A stretch of 64,000 nt of DNA from Lingula anatina. Lineage: Eukaryota > Animalia > Brachiopoda. This document shows, piece by piece, positions 1 to 13,585 of the stretch (its first letter is position 1; every line of letters starts with the position of its first letter). A program made the translations under genes and the position numbers. The notes beneath the pieces were generated by a model. It saw only the letters and a list, made by a program, of their open reading frames with translations, was not told the origin of the DNA and did not search any database. The stretch lies in the NCBI GenBank assembly GCA_051362555.1, contig CM120641.1, forward strand, positions 11,904,001 through 11,968,000, in the 5' to 3' direction.

Positions 1-108
1 TTTGTTAGCTAACATGCTGATAATGGTTAAATGTTTACCTTGTGAATCTATTTGAACAAAGTTAATTTCTTTTACAGTCTTAAGAAATTGCAACACAATA
101 CAGTAAAG

Positions 109-213
109 ATGATTCGCCGAGGACGTCCCCGGTCTAAGAGCCACACCCGCACCACAGACAGGAACTCTGAGCCAGATGAACGAGGGTTTCATTCACCAGA
201 GCAGGACATTAAG
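109..213 (+). CDS. NCKAP5: NCKAP5-like coding exon 1 (MIRRGRP...EQDIK)
   Basis: Acceptor ttttacag ends at 77, donor AAG|GTGAGC at 213/214, phase 0. Confidence 0.7.
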
Positions 214-2000
214 GTGAGCTATTATTCCTTAGCTCTCCTAAAACATATTTTACTTCAACCTTTTTTCTTTAGAGTCAAAAATTGGATGTTTTTTTTTTCT
301 TCTTCTTTTTTAATTTTGCTTTTAAGACATTTAATTTTTTTAAATCATGGGCTGTGGAGCCATCATGGAGATTAGGTATGTGCCATTGTTTAGGTGGGAG
401 CTGCAACTTGGAATACAAATATTTAGTGATCAGAAGCCAAATGGGCCATGTGTTGGGCAAGGGTGGAAATTGGTGCTTGGATGGAAAGTGTAATGTGAAA
501 AATAAGTTTACTCAGGATAAGCAGTTGTGAAAAAATATTTGTAAGAAAAAGGAATAGAGACCAAGTGAGAAAATGGGCAACATACAAACCATACTTCACC
601 TATCAAAGCATAATGACAGTTTCAAGTGTTTCAAGTTGCAAGTGTTGAAAAACATCAGACAAAAGAGGAAGTGGATCTCCAGGCAAACTTTATAATTGAC
701 TTTAAAGATCACACATGAAATACTGTCTTTTTTTCCACTAATGGCAATGTGTGGTTGTAAAGCACTGTCACGCCTAACACAATGTCACACCTAACACAAT
801 TTTGTACAAAGCACACTGACACTGTTGTGGCTACTGCATTTCTGTGTCTATCTCCCCTCAGCTCCTGGAGGCGAGAATGCATGAAGTGTTACAGCAGCTG
901 GCTGAGGAGAAGCAGATCAGCAGAAGAGAGCGCCATCACATTGCCAGTCTGGAGAGAGAGCTGGCCAAATACAAGGAAGACAGTGAGATGGTGAGTGTTC
1001 TGGGGTGGGGGTGGAGATGGAGTTGTGGGGGGGGGGAGTTATTAGAGGGAGTACACAGAGAGAGGGGATTGACTGCACTATCAGGTAAAGGCTTTAGTAA
1101 CTAGAAAAGCACTCTGAGAGCGCAGACCTCTGCCAAGGCAGCAATTTTTGATTATTGATTGATTATTGATCCAGATCACCACCAAAAACTAGTCATCTGT
1201 TCCTTGGCCCACTTCTGACAGTCCCTGAAAATTTCATCAAAATCAGTCCATAACTTTTTGAGTTATGTTGATGACAGACAAACAAACAGGGGTGAAAACA
1301 TAACCTCCTTGGCGGAGGTAATAACTGAGAGAAGGTTGACAAATGCTAGAATTTTGGTGTATATATTATAGAACTCTAAGGCTTCGTTCACATGGAATGT
1401 CTATTTTCTAAAAATCTATTTTCTATTCGCGCTATCTTATGATCACGGTCTGTGCCCTGAATATCCCGCCGCGTAATTACTGGCAGCACAAGCCAGTTAC
1501 TTATAGTAACTTATAGTAACTGGCTCGTGCTGCCAGTAATTACGCCGCGGGATATTCAGGGCACAGACCGTGATCATAAGACATACCGCGAATAGAAAAT
1601 AGAATTTAGAAAATAGACATTGCATGTGAATGAAGCCTAAGTAGAACTCAAACCAATAGCTGAACACAGCTAAGTAAATTCTTAACTAAAAGAAATGTAT
1701 AGTTGTTACACACTTTTTGTGACAAGACAAGTTGGATAGTAAGCATAAAAATATCCAACGTTCATAATAGATAGTCACGTTGCCAGTGTAGTAAGGAAGT
1801 GAGGGGATGGAAATTGGTCCAGTGAGAACCAAATGCTAAAAACAACTTTCTAAATCTTTGAGCAAAGAAAGAGCACTTTAAATATCCCCTCTCTTAGTTT
1901 TTACTTGCAAAAGTGTTGAGTTAAAAAAAGCAGTAAGTTAAAAAGGGGTATCATAAGATTTACCATTTGTAAAATGTGTGTTACACACACACACATGCAT

Positions 2001-2050
<50 letters not shown>

Positions 2051-5015
2051 TGGATCCAAGACTAACCAAGCACATTTTGAACAAAGAAAAGATACCCTGG
2101 ATTCACCGTCAACATAAATTATCTGTTTAATTCCTAGTTTATCAAATTTATTATCCCATTTCACCTGCGACTATCACTGGGCCTGTCAAGACCAGTTGGT
2201 AGAGTAGCATATCATTTTACCAACTATATGTGCATCTGGGCTGCCTTGTTGTTTGACACTTCTCAGTTTTTGTTGGGGAGTTGAGAACTCTATCTGACCC
2301 ATCTCTACAGAAAGTCCATTTGTAATTTGCCCTCCATAGGAAGCTGTGACATTGGTGGTGGACAACACAGGGATAAGATGTGCTGCCTATGGTTAGGTAA
2401 TCATATATAGACATTTGGGGCCTTCTTCAAAAAAGAATTTAACCCCAAAAATTGATTTTAATTTTTAAACTAAGATTTTAGTGTACTTTGACTGAAGATA
2501 GATCAGTAGGTAGCAGTACTATTAAATGAAATATTGCACCAATTTGTATACCAAGAAAGTCATGGCTAATGTCTCAGTCCAGTACCATTTTCAGTCCCTG
2601 CTGAAGTGTTTCTCACTAAGATTAGTGGACCCAACTTAACTGGAAATGGGGCTTTTTTGTGAAAACAAAGATTTACAGAGAGAGATGGGTTACAAGACAT
2701 AAATGTAATTTTTATGATGAAATTAATTGTTAAATAAAAGGTCTGGCCCATTGAAAGTTTGAAATGGAGATTATCAGATAGATACGTATATGATTTTAGT
2801 AACTTAGTACAACAGAATGATAATTTTTGTCCATTCTATTGTTGCAGTATGTTCAGTGCTATTTGTGTGATAAATAATTGCAAGATTTAAGGTTCATGAC
2901 CCTTATGTAATGAGCAATAGATAGGAATGCATTCCAGTATTCAAAGTTGACTTGACACGTGTATCAACTTGTCTCTTGTTTGATAGGATCAGGATTGTGT
3001 GGCAGCAGGGCTTGTTGAATTTAGCTCCAATGATAGCTGTCTTACAATTTGCTTTCAGCTGTGGAGATTGAATCTTTTTCTTCAAAGGTCAGTGATAAAT
3101 AATTGCATCAAGCCATAAATTTATTGACAAGAACTCTTGCTGTGCTCCTTGCCATCCATCACATAACAAAGTGATAGGGTTTGTTGCAAGGATTTCCTTC
3201 TCTTTTTTACCTGATATAAGAGAATTAAATTAAGTTGGTATTGAATGTGCTATGAAAACAGAACCGGGGTCTCAGATTGTGTGATGTAGGGTGGAGATTA
3301 ATGTGCCGAAGATTGCCTTGATTCAACTTGATTGTAGAGCTTTTATGTGTAAAATGTGGAACATCACTGATCAATTGAGATAGGTTTACTTTGCTATGCC
3401 ACGTATTTATCACATATAGTTGCAGACTTTTCCCTTCACTAGGTTGGAAGAATGGACAAGAGGGTGTTTTTGTGTCAAGAGTTCAGTACATGCTATATCT
3501 TCCAGTCAGAGATACAGCTGACATGTTTTATTTGGGAATGTACTCATGCATCATAGTTGATAAAAATGGTCGAGACAGAAGCAGTTTAACTTCTGATCCA
3601 TTATGAATTTGTGAAGAATAATTTGCTTTAAATGTGTAGTTAACAATAACTTAATTTTTTTGAGCACCAGTGGAGAATTATTTCATAAACTCTGCAGTAT
3701 TTGATAGAGGGCAGATGTGGGCTACAGTTTATTCTTTTGACCCCCTAGTGACTCTGAATAACATAGAGACAGGATCATCTGTTTTTTCCCCAAAAAAAGG
3801 AGAAAATGAAGAAACAGAAATTTCATTAGAAACTGTAATGGAAATTATCCTTGCAACCCATAACAAGGCGGTCAGCACTCCACGATGTCAGGTGGGGTTA
3901 ACTTTACAGCAATAAGAGTGAAATTTAACTTGCCAGGAAAGTCATCTTAGAAAGCAAGGCAAAAATGACACACAAAATGTGTTGAATTCATACTGCTGTA
4001 CATACTGTTGTACATCCATTGCCACACTGCAATTGCTAGTCTTTTGTTGTTTCTGACTCTCTTCCAAATCTCTTTGAATCTCGCATGATGAGACTTCGGG
4101 CTTTGATTTCCATTAGGATAGAGGTCTGTCTGCTGTATAATGAGATAAATGTGTATAGCTTATAATATAATAATTATATTAGCTGGTGCATGAATCAGCT
4201 TCACTCATTAATAATTCAAGGTATGGCTTGATCTGGAAAGGGAAGATTTTGTTTCTGTGACAGTTACCTGTAAAACCCATCAGTATCTATAGATACAGAA
4301 TTTCTGAATCAAGAATAAAAGCTTTCAGGAGAACAAACATCGGTATTATTTAACAATGAAACAAAGAACAAAAGACCAAAAGCACAGCTGAAAATGTGGA
4401 TTGAACCATCTCTTTATTCAAGAATTGCACTAATTAATTTACCTTGACTGTATTCCCTAGAGTGTTGGCTAGTTTTAATGGTCCTTTATTCTATGGTATT
4501 CACTGCTCAAGATGTGCAAACAAATATAATAGCCTGAATGAAGTCTGGAAAATTAGAAACCATGAGTGCTTCCAGGTGAGATAGTGTCGTGATATTGACT
4601 GTCTGAAAGGATTGTTTCACAGTGGAAGTGTATTGTGTGCTGTGGAAGCAAGAGTTTGCTTTCAGTTGTAGAATACAGGAAGGTAATTAATTCATTTCAC
4701 TGGTTCATTTTATGCAGTTATGAGAGGCTTTATGCACAGAGGCTGACAGTGCCAGTGTATAGATTTGTGTTTGGAAATCCTCTGTGGACAAGTGTTCTTT
4801 TACCAGGGAGTCTAGTGTTGTTTTTCTGTGAATTTGATCAGACAAGGCCTTATGAATAATTCAATTAGTTATTTTGATAGAGGCCTTCAGAGAGGAATGG
4901 AGGACTTACTATGACCGAATGTGAAAATATGTCTTTGAACAGTTGTCAGTAATTAGAAAAAAAATCCCATTTTAAATTAAGATAAAAAAAGATTGTCCAT
5001 TTCAGCAATCAAATG

Positions 5016-5053
<38 letters not shown>

Positions 5054-8016
5054 ATCATTTGAAGCTAGGTAAACTTTGACATGAATAATCAAGGTACCTT
5101 CAGTTTTTGTATGATGAAAGTATAACATTATACAGGGACTGGGTTGCTGATATCTTTCTCAACTTCTGAGCCAGCAACTACCAATCCACGGAACTGAAAA
5201 GATTCACTGGCTCTGAAAAAAAAAGGGAATTGTAACTAATTAACCATGATATAATATGCTGTGTAAACTGTAATGAAAATGCTCATGCATCCATATTATT
5301 TACACACAAAAGATCTGTAACACTATTTTTAAAAGAATAGGAGTTGCATAATGGTTTAGGAAACAGGTGTGGATGTCATGATAAATATGGATAAAAGATA
5401 GATCAGGAAGGTCCTAACGTCACATGCTAACCATTTAGTCTCTAACAAACTCCTTTGAAAACTGATGTGTTTTAAATGTTCTGGATCAGAAAGTGCATTC
5501 ATTGTATATTCAAGGCGGCTTGGCTGTAACTGGAGAAGGTAACCCGATGCTATATTGAAGAGTCTTATTGGAATGATTTCCCTTTAAACTTATGACAATT
5601 GATTGTACGTGCTGTTTCTTTCCTCATTCAGAGGTTGACACTGATACAATCTATGATTTATTCATTTCATCGGTGAAGTAGGTGATCTAGGTAGAAATGA
5701 AATTTAATACAAAATTTATCAAAATAAGTTAGCCCAGTATTGAACCCTTAGTTTTACCCAGGGGCAAATCTCCTTCACCTTCATTTCAGATAAGGGACAG
5801 AGTACTTCACATATTGTCTTTTTTTCCTTGCTAACCTTTCTGCCTAATGTACCTTGGTTAGTTAGAGCAGTGAGAGCCTGGTACTAAAATTACAATTTAT
5901 TTTTCACGTTTTCTGCATGGTACATTTGTGGAATTTCGAAGTACAGTCGAATGCTCTGTTTTTGTATGATTTCCTCTGTTTCAGAAAACTGTAATTTTCA
6001 TTTAATCAAGTAAGCTGTTACTGACGCAAATTTTATTGAATTTTAAAATCATCAGAGTCAGGCCACCCATAATGTATATTTGAGCAGTCTTTTGTTGTTC
6101 CATATCTTTCATCATTCTACCGGTTTTCTTGCTTGGTTTCACAAGACTGCAATCCCTGTTCAGTCATCCAAGCCTGGCAGGGATGGGAAATTGTAGTTGA
6201 TATTTGCACAATGAAATGGAGGTCAGGCACCTGCTGTCCCTTCTTATGTGCACTGTTTACTGCAATTTGTCAAGTAATTCTACACATCAGTGACAGCGCT
6301 TGGAACTCTTACCACCTTTGACAGTGGTCCTGCACCATCTTCTGACCTCTGACCCTTGGTCATGTGACATCTGACCTGTGATTGCATACCTGATTGTTTA
6401 TTAAGAAACGTTATTGTTCTGAGATAAAAGGGGAAAAATTTACTGTTTTGGCTTGTGTATTGATTTGTGTTCATGATTCTTGTATCTTTTGATGCATTTT
6501 GATAAAGGGCAGAGAAAAAGAGAGTTTACAGTTTTTGCAGTGTATTGATTTTTTGTGATGTGTAGAGGAGATTGATTCAATATTCTGCAGACATGTTGCT
6601 TTGTTTTGCCTGCTCTTGGCAAGGCTGCTGGTGTCTTTGTCTCTCACTCTGCCTTACTCTCTGCTCAGAGATGATACAGGTGCACTGAATGGCATTGCAG
6701 TACTGCCTTTAAGGTAAGAAAGTTGGCATAATTACTATTGGCAAAACTGCAGTATCATCACTGCTGAGTAAAATGTGTATCATCGTAATGTGTTATGAGT
6801 CATTAACAGTACTACTAAGGAAGGGTTAGGTGTGTACAGAAGTGTTGCTCTGGGTTTTTATTATCTACAAAAGAAGTTAATATTATATTGCATGCTTATG
6901 AAAATAAAAAATACATAGCCTTGACTGGCTTATTATTTGGCTTGTTACCTGTGTTAAAGTGATATTCTTATAAGGCATATTAATATTAGAGATACGTTCT
7001 GGTGTACTGCCAAAAATAGAGCTAGCATATTCAAAATCTGCATTTAAAAAAAGCAGAGAGCTTTGTTTGATCTGATTGTCTGAACTGGTGGCCTTTATTT
7101 GTGACGTTAGATTAAACTCTAGATATACCTGCAGCTGTAGGTAGGCATGATTCCTTGTCTTTGTAGTCACTGCTGCTGCCATGCTGTTGTACTTTCATAT
7201 ATATTTACCTCGTAAAAATGAAGAATTACAAAAATGTGGGATCTTTTAATGCCAGATGTTGTGTCAGTTTGAAAAAAAAAATGAAGTTTGAAAAATAGAT
7301 CATCTTTTCTTCTCAAAAGTCAGTTTTTGCTTATCCCCCCCCCCCCCAAAAAAAAGGAAAAAACACATGTATTCGGATAATTTATCACCCATTTCAAATA
7401 AAAGAAATGGAAACAATTTATCAATATTAAAATATCACATAATGACCATGAAATGTGTTTACTTTGTCATTTTATCATAAGATGCAGACTAGTAATGCCT
7501 AGTGTGATTTTTACTATCTGGATTCTGGGAATTTAGCAGATGTAGCTAATAGAGACTGTTTGTTCATAGGTTGACTAGTGCTTATGTTTTACATGGGAAA
7601 TGTGGCTTTAAATATGTATTTGCTTCATGCCAGTTGTATTTTATGTATGTTTTATGCTCACTTTACTGGGAAAACAACAGATGCAGCTAAAATTGTTATT
7701 TATTGATCGCAAGTCAAAATTACACTAAAGCATGAATATTGTGGCTTTAAGGTTTCTGGGTTAAATACTATGCTTTTTCAATCACGTTGCATGGAACAGA
7801 GTAACAAAGGAGATCAGTGCTCTGTCGCAGCCAGCTTTTGGTGCTGAGCTGATGTAATGAATTGGGATGAAAGGCAATTCACAGCAGGATTATATCTTAC
7901 CTGATGCTGGGTTCTTGAATGACCTGAACCAAAAGATGAAGAAAAATGCCAGATCTACTTATTCTTTAATGAGTAGATTCATCAACTATTTTGGATTGTT
8001 TACCTTTCTGCTAGTA

Positions 8017-8067
<51 letters not shown>

Positions 8068-10562
8068 TATAAATTACACATTGGTAAAAGCCCAAGTCTT
8101 AATACAAAAGGACAGGCAGTGATTTTATACTGATTTAGCCATTTTGTTTGAGTGGTGTTATAGTTTCTTTCAGGGGGATAAGTCTTCAGCTATATTTTTC
8201 ATTAAAAAAAAATTAAAATGGGTTAGAACTACTGCTCATATAATAAATGCACTTGAAAATATAATAATTAAAACTAACAATTGATGTTTAAAAATTGCAC
8301 TAGTTTATCACAACACCATGTCACCAACTGACCATGATCATTTTATAACTGCTGCACAGCATAATATTTTTAGTTTATTGTAAAAGTTTTTTTAATTTAT
8401 TGCCTATATCTTTAGCAAAATTCCTTTCTCTAGAAATCTCAAAATTTTAATAAGGTGGCACTTAATGTGGAGGAAAGGTAAATCCTTGTGCATTGTGCTG
8501 TTGTGTAATTGTGTTGATTGTTCTTAAGGCATGTATTCAGTGTGATTTTATGAGCAATGTCAAACACCTTTAGAACTCTAAGAAATAAATTTGCTCCATA
8601 ATTTTCCACGAGTGCCATTTTTAGCTCTTTTATTGAGGAGATATATTGAAATTGGAGCAATTTGAGGCAGCTGGCTGCTGTTTTTATTGACTTTTGAATC
8701 GTTTGTCATCTGCAATGTATTGATCATAGCAGAAAATGGTGCTGCGTTATAGCAGAAGTATTGGAGTGTGTAACCTATAGCAGAAGTTGTCTGATTTGGG
8801 CATTATCATAGCAGTTTGATGTATAAATTGGGTTTGTTTATTGTTATTTTTTTAACCTTAAGTGTCATTTCCTTCAAAGTACGAAATAATGCCATTCCTT
8901 TAGTACCTCTTCATTGGAATAAAGTAAAAATGTGGAACTCATTAGAATTTCCATTATCATAATCAACAAGACTGCAGTTTATCATATACAAAATGGAGTT
9001 GATTTCACAAAATATGCAGTTTATTGTAAATTGTTTTGCTGTATGGTATGGCATTTCACTACAAATGTAGACCACACTGTATATTGTGCTTTCTCTACTT
9101 CCAGAACACAGAGCTGTTGAAGGACTTGGAGTATGAGAGGATGCATAGGATTCGAGCTGAGGACAAGCTGGAAGTGATGCGGGTTGAGAATGATACTTGT
9201 AAAGCAAGATTAATAGCACTACAAGATGAATTTAAACAGTAAGTTATGCAGTGTGTGTGTGTTTCACCTTAACTTTTTGGTCTTTGGTCTTTCTAGTATT
9301 ATTTTTTCTTGCCAAATTACAATTTTTTTTTACTGATTTGAAATAAGGAGAGGAGGGAGTTGCATGAACTGTGTAGCAGTCCCTACTGATAAAAGATCAG
9401 CATAATAGCTCTCAGGTGACCGTGAAGGAAGAGGTTTCTATATCTGAAAATTTATGGTTAAATACTATTTCATACATCTAGGCCCAAAGCATGATATGTC
9501 TATTGCTTTATATCCAGCTCAATTAAATAATCAGGTCTGTTGGTAATTCCCAATCCTCTGCTATTTTGAATAGACTCACAAGTACTGCCCGCAGCTCAGT
9601 CCATCATGCTGTCTACTTTGCCAAAGATATTGATTGCTTTCTTCTCTCCTTAGACCTAATTGTTAACTGATTTTGATGAATCTAAATCAGATAAGTGGTC
9701 TGTGAATTGAGTTGATCCTCGCCATGGATGTAGTCTGAAAGATTATGTTCTATCAGAGGCATGATGTAATTAAAATGTCCATTAATTGCTTGGGAATTAG
9801 AACATGGTTGGAAGTGTCCATAAAGTAGGTATACATCTGTGAGGTCAGTTAGATATTTAGTGCCTTGAATGTTGTATGGACAGGAGGTCATAATCCCACA
9901 AGACTGTTGACCATTGTAGAATTAATGAATATTGTGGCAACCCCTTATCATTTACCATTTCTGAAGGTTTATTTCAGTTTGAAAGATCAAGGATCCATCC
10001 AGTAAATAGCAACACTATTGATTTCTAATAATTTTCCAATAGATTCTGTTTGAAAGATTTTATAGGAGTTTGATTGTTACTGTTACCAGACAGTTTTTAT
10101 TACTGAAACATAAAAATTCATTTGTTTTGTTGAAAAAAGATGATTTAATCACTGGCTTTTTGTTTTCTGTTGAGGAGAAACACCTTTATATTTTGTGCTA
10201 GTATACGTATCAGCAATTAATTATTCAATAGGGACAGTCATTTACCTTGATAGGTAAATTTTTTATTGCCCACATTACTGCCAAGTGATTTAGAGATTGT
10301 GAAAGTTAGGCACATCTGATTAAAAAGTTGTTTATTTGTTTATATAATTATTGTTTGTTTAATCATATGAGAAGATATAAAATATATTCTGAAGAATATA
10401 AAGATAAGGTGATCTAGAAGCTTTTTCATGACTGTGCAAATTATTTGTAGAATGGAGAACATGGTGAGGAACCTGCTGGAGTACAAGAACAAGATGGATC
10501 AGATAAAGCAGGAGAAGGAGAGCATTGCAGCCAATTATAAGGTGTGTAGCCGTCTGTGTATG

Positions 10563-10641
<79 letters not shown>

Positions 10642-13536
10642 AAGAGAGAAATTTCAGAGAGAGAGATGTAATGGGCATGTGTGTGTATATGCCTTTAACC
10701 TTTTTTTTTCTATGAAAGGGTTGCATTTGGATATAGCTTCATACAGTACATCTGTCATGATGTGCATACAAGGCTGGTAGTTGTGTGGTTCATTGCCATG
10801 CTATTGCCCCCTGTGGAGTTTATGTATGAAAGGAAACAATAAACCAGTCAGTGATTGAGGAAGCTGGGGACTGCTTAATTCCTAGAATCGGTTACTGAAT
10901 GTGTACCACACTGTGAAGCATAATGGCAGAAACCGAGGTTGGGGGAAACCTGAAACGCACACTTTACAGTAAGGAAATAAATCCCATTGAGTCAAAAGCA
11001 GAGTACTGCATGATAAAAGCTTTGATATATGGTCTGCTGCTTTTGTCTCACTTAACTGTGTATTGTATGACAAATGTATTTTTCTATTTTTTGAGAGCAA
11101 AATTACAAATTCTGTTTTTTTTTAAACAGACCAGTTACTTGCTGTTTGTATGACTGACAATGATTGAAAATTTTGCTTAATTTGACAAAGATTTACCCCA
11201 TCATTTGTAAAAATCCTCTTCAACCTCCTTACTTATTCTTTAAACCATAAACTCCATTGTTTTGACTGATGGCCCTGTAAAGTGCTTAGAAAAAGCTAGA
11301 AGAGTAATTGAGAAAGTTCAGCTCAGAGTAACACAGGAAATCCAGGGCAGCAGTGACAGATGTTGTTCATCATTCTGTAGTTAAGGAAAGAATAATTGAA
11401 AAGAAAGCTTGAGAGTGTCATTGTTATGTTGGATTACTCATTTTACTCCAGCCCCCTGGAGATCCTGTAGAAATAGTAATGTTAAGGAAGAATGAGTGTG
11501 GCACGAGAGTGATCTATGGGTCAGTGATATAATTTGACTCCAGGGACATTTTCCACAAAGACCAGAATACTCTGGTTTAATTAATTATCCAGTATAATAG
11601 ATGTTCAATGAATGCTCAATTAGACAGAATGGCAGTGTGTTATTGATGTAAATGGAGAATACTCTATTGATAAGAAGTCAATATTATTTTACATTGTTTA
11701 GTATTTCTAGCTTTTGTCTCACTAAAAACTTATCTTTTGAAATTTTGTTTGGTTGAGTATGCTCACACAACAAGAGGCACAACAACAACACCACATTCTA
11801 CACATTCAGTTCACCTAACACATTTCTTTTGTGTATTATAGAATGAGGCCCAGAAGCTGCAGAACAGTGTGAGGTTTCTGGAACAAGAAAATAAAACACT
11901 GAAGAGCAAAGTGCAACTATATGAACTACAGGTAACTTCTTTCACATTGTTTTTGCCTATTCATGGTATTAAAATACACTATTTTATAAATACATGAAAA
12001 AAGATGGTTGTTTTGTAGAAACATTTACAATTTACTTTGTTTCCTAAGCTTGTAGATTTAGTTTTACAGGGGCAGGTACTTAACTTTGAAAACACAATAG
12101 ATAACTTATTATAGTTATAACTTTTTAAAACTGTGTGAGTTCTGAGTCTGTAATCATGGTAAGTCCTGTGTCCACATATTCCAGACTGGGGTGAGACTGG
12201 ACGACTTTGACAAGTCCAGGTTACTACTGGAGCGGCTGAAGAAGATGGAGGTGGAGAACTCCCAGCTGGTCCTGGAGAATGAGCAACAACGTATGCAATA
12301 TGAGAAGTGTCTGGACGAGATAGCAGGACAGGTGGTGCAGGCACTTCTTATGCAAAAGGTATGATGCAGTGTATCATGTGGATACTTTATCCTTATAATG
12401 ATTTTAACTTTGAAATGCATTTTTTTGATAGTAAGATTGAAAGAGAGAGAATAGAAGAGAGTCGTTAAAAAAAACAAAAATGTGGTTAAGGATAGTTGTT
12501 GAAATAGGGCAAGGGCTTAGTCAGGTTCACTTTCTTTGTGGTATGAACTGATCTGTCAGCTTTTCATCATTTATCATTTTCGGTTGCAAAATTTTTGAAA
12601 CCTTACAAATGAGTAGAGTGTGCAGAATTGGTATTGTATAACTGATTTTACACAAGGTTAACTGTAGAAATCACAGAAGATAATATTACAAGTACTTGAA
12701 GTAGTTGTTCCCTATATTTCAGAGTCTAAGGTCAGAGTGTATGAACCTGCAGGGCAGAGTGCAGGATTTGGAGCAGCAGAACAGATATCTCAGTGCTATG
12801 GTTAGTGACAAAGTGCGCTTTGCTTCAGACTCCATGTTACAGGTAAGACCTCTTTTCAAGATGTATTCTATTCTTATTTAACATACACACCTTTATGCCA
12901 CTTTGACCCTGCAATTATGAGCTGTCATACTGGTATTATTGTAACTCAAACTAATGCTTCAATCACCGCAGTTCAGTTATTGTTCAAGTGGTGATGCTAC
13001 TGAAGATTATTATTATGCTAAAAAGTAAATCATTTTTAAAGAGTCTAAAATGTTATACTATGATGCAAAATGTTAAACCCTTCTTCACTGATAGCTCTGA
13101 CAGTCAAAGGGTTAAATTGTTATACCTCATAAGTAAAAAAAAAAAAAGGTCCCTTTAGAAATAATTAACTTGTTATCATTTTTACATGAGAGGGAATGGA
13201 AAATCTGTATTAACACAGCAGACATGTTTCCTATCCTAGTCTAGAAGACTGTCAGGTCTTACCCAACAGAAAATCTCATAGAATTGAAGAAGTGCATTAC
13301 ACACTAGTGTCACTTATTATTAAAACATGTTTGTCTTAAAAATAATATCATTCAGTGAAGAGTAGGTGTTTTTATGTTCACCATGTTAAGACACCCTCTG
13401 ATACAGTGGTCTGATGGCAGCATACCGTGTGTTTCAGTCTGTACCTAGTGGCAGGAAGTGGAAGTTTAAAAATGCCTCTGGACAACCTATGAAGAACGCC
13501 AGTTACCAGAGCTTGCCAATTCAGGTACAATGAGTA

Positions 13537-13585
<49 letters not shown>

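Noticed and set aside
1901-2164. ORFs with CVCV, THTH or YIYI runs (also near 7867, 10535, 53027, 58481)
   Set aside because: Artefacts of dinucleotide microsatellites
10923-11153. ATG-led ORF MAETEVGG... with a GTAAGG donor as alternative NCKAP5 first exon
   Set aside because: Donor is phase 1 while the next acceptor (11842) needs phase 0; no homology
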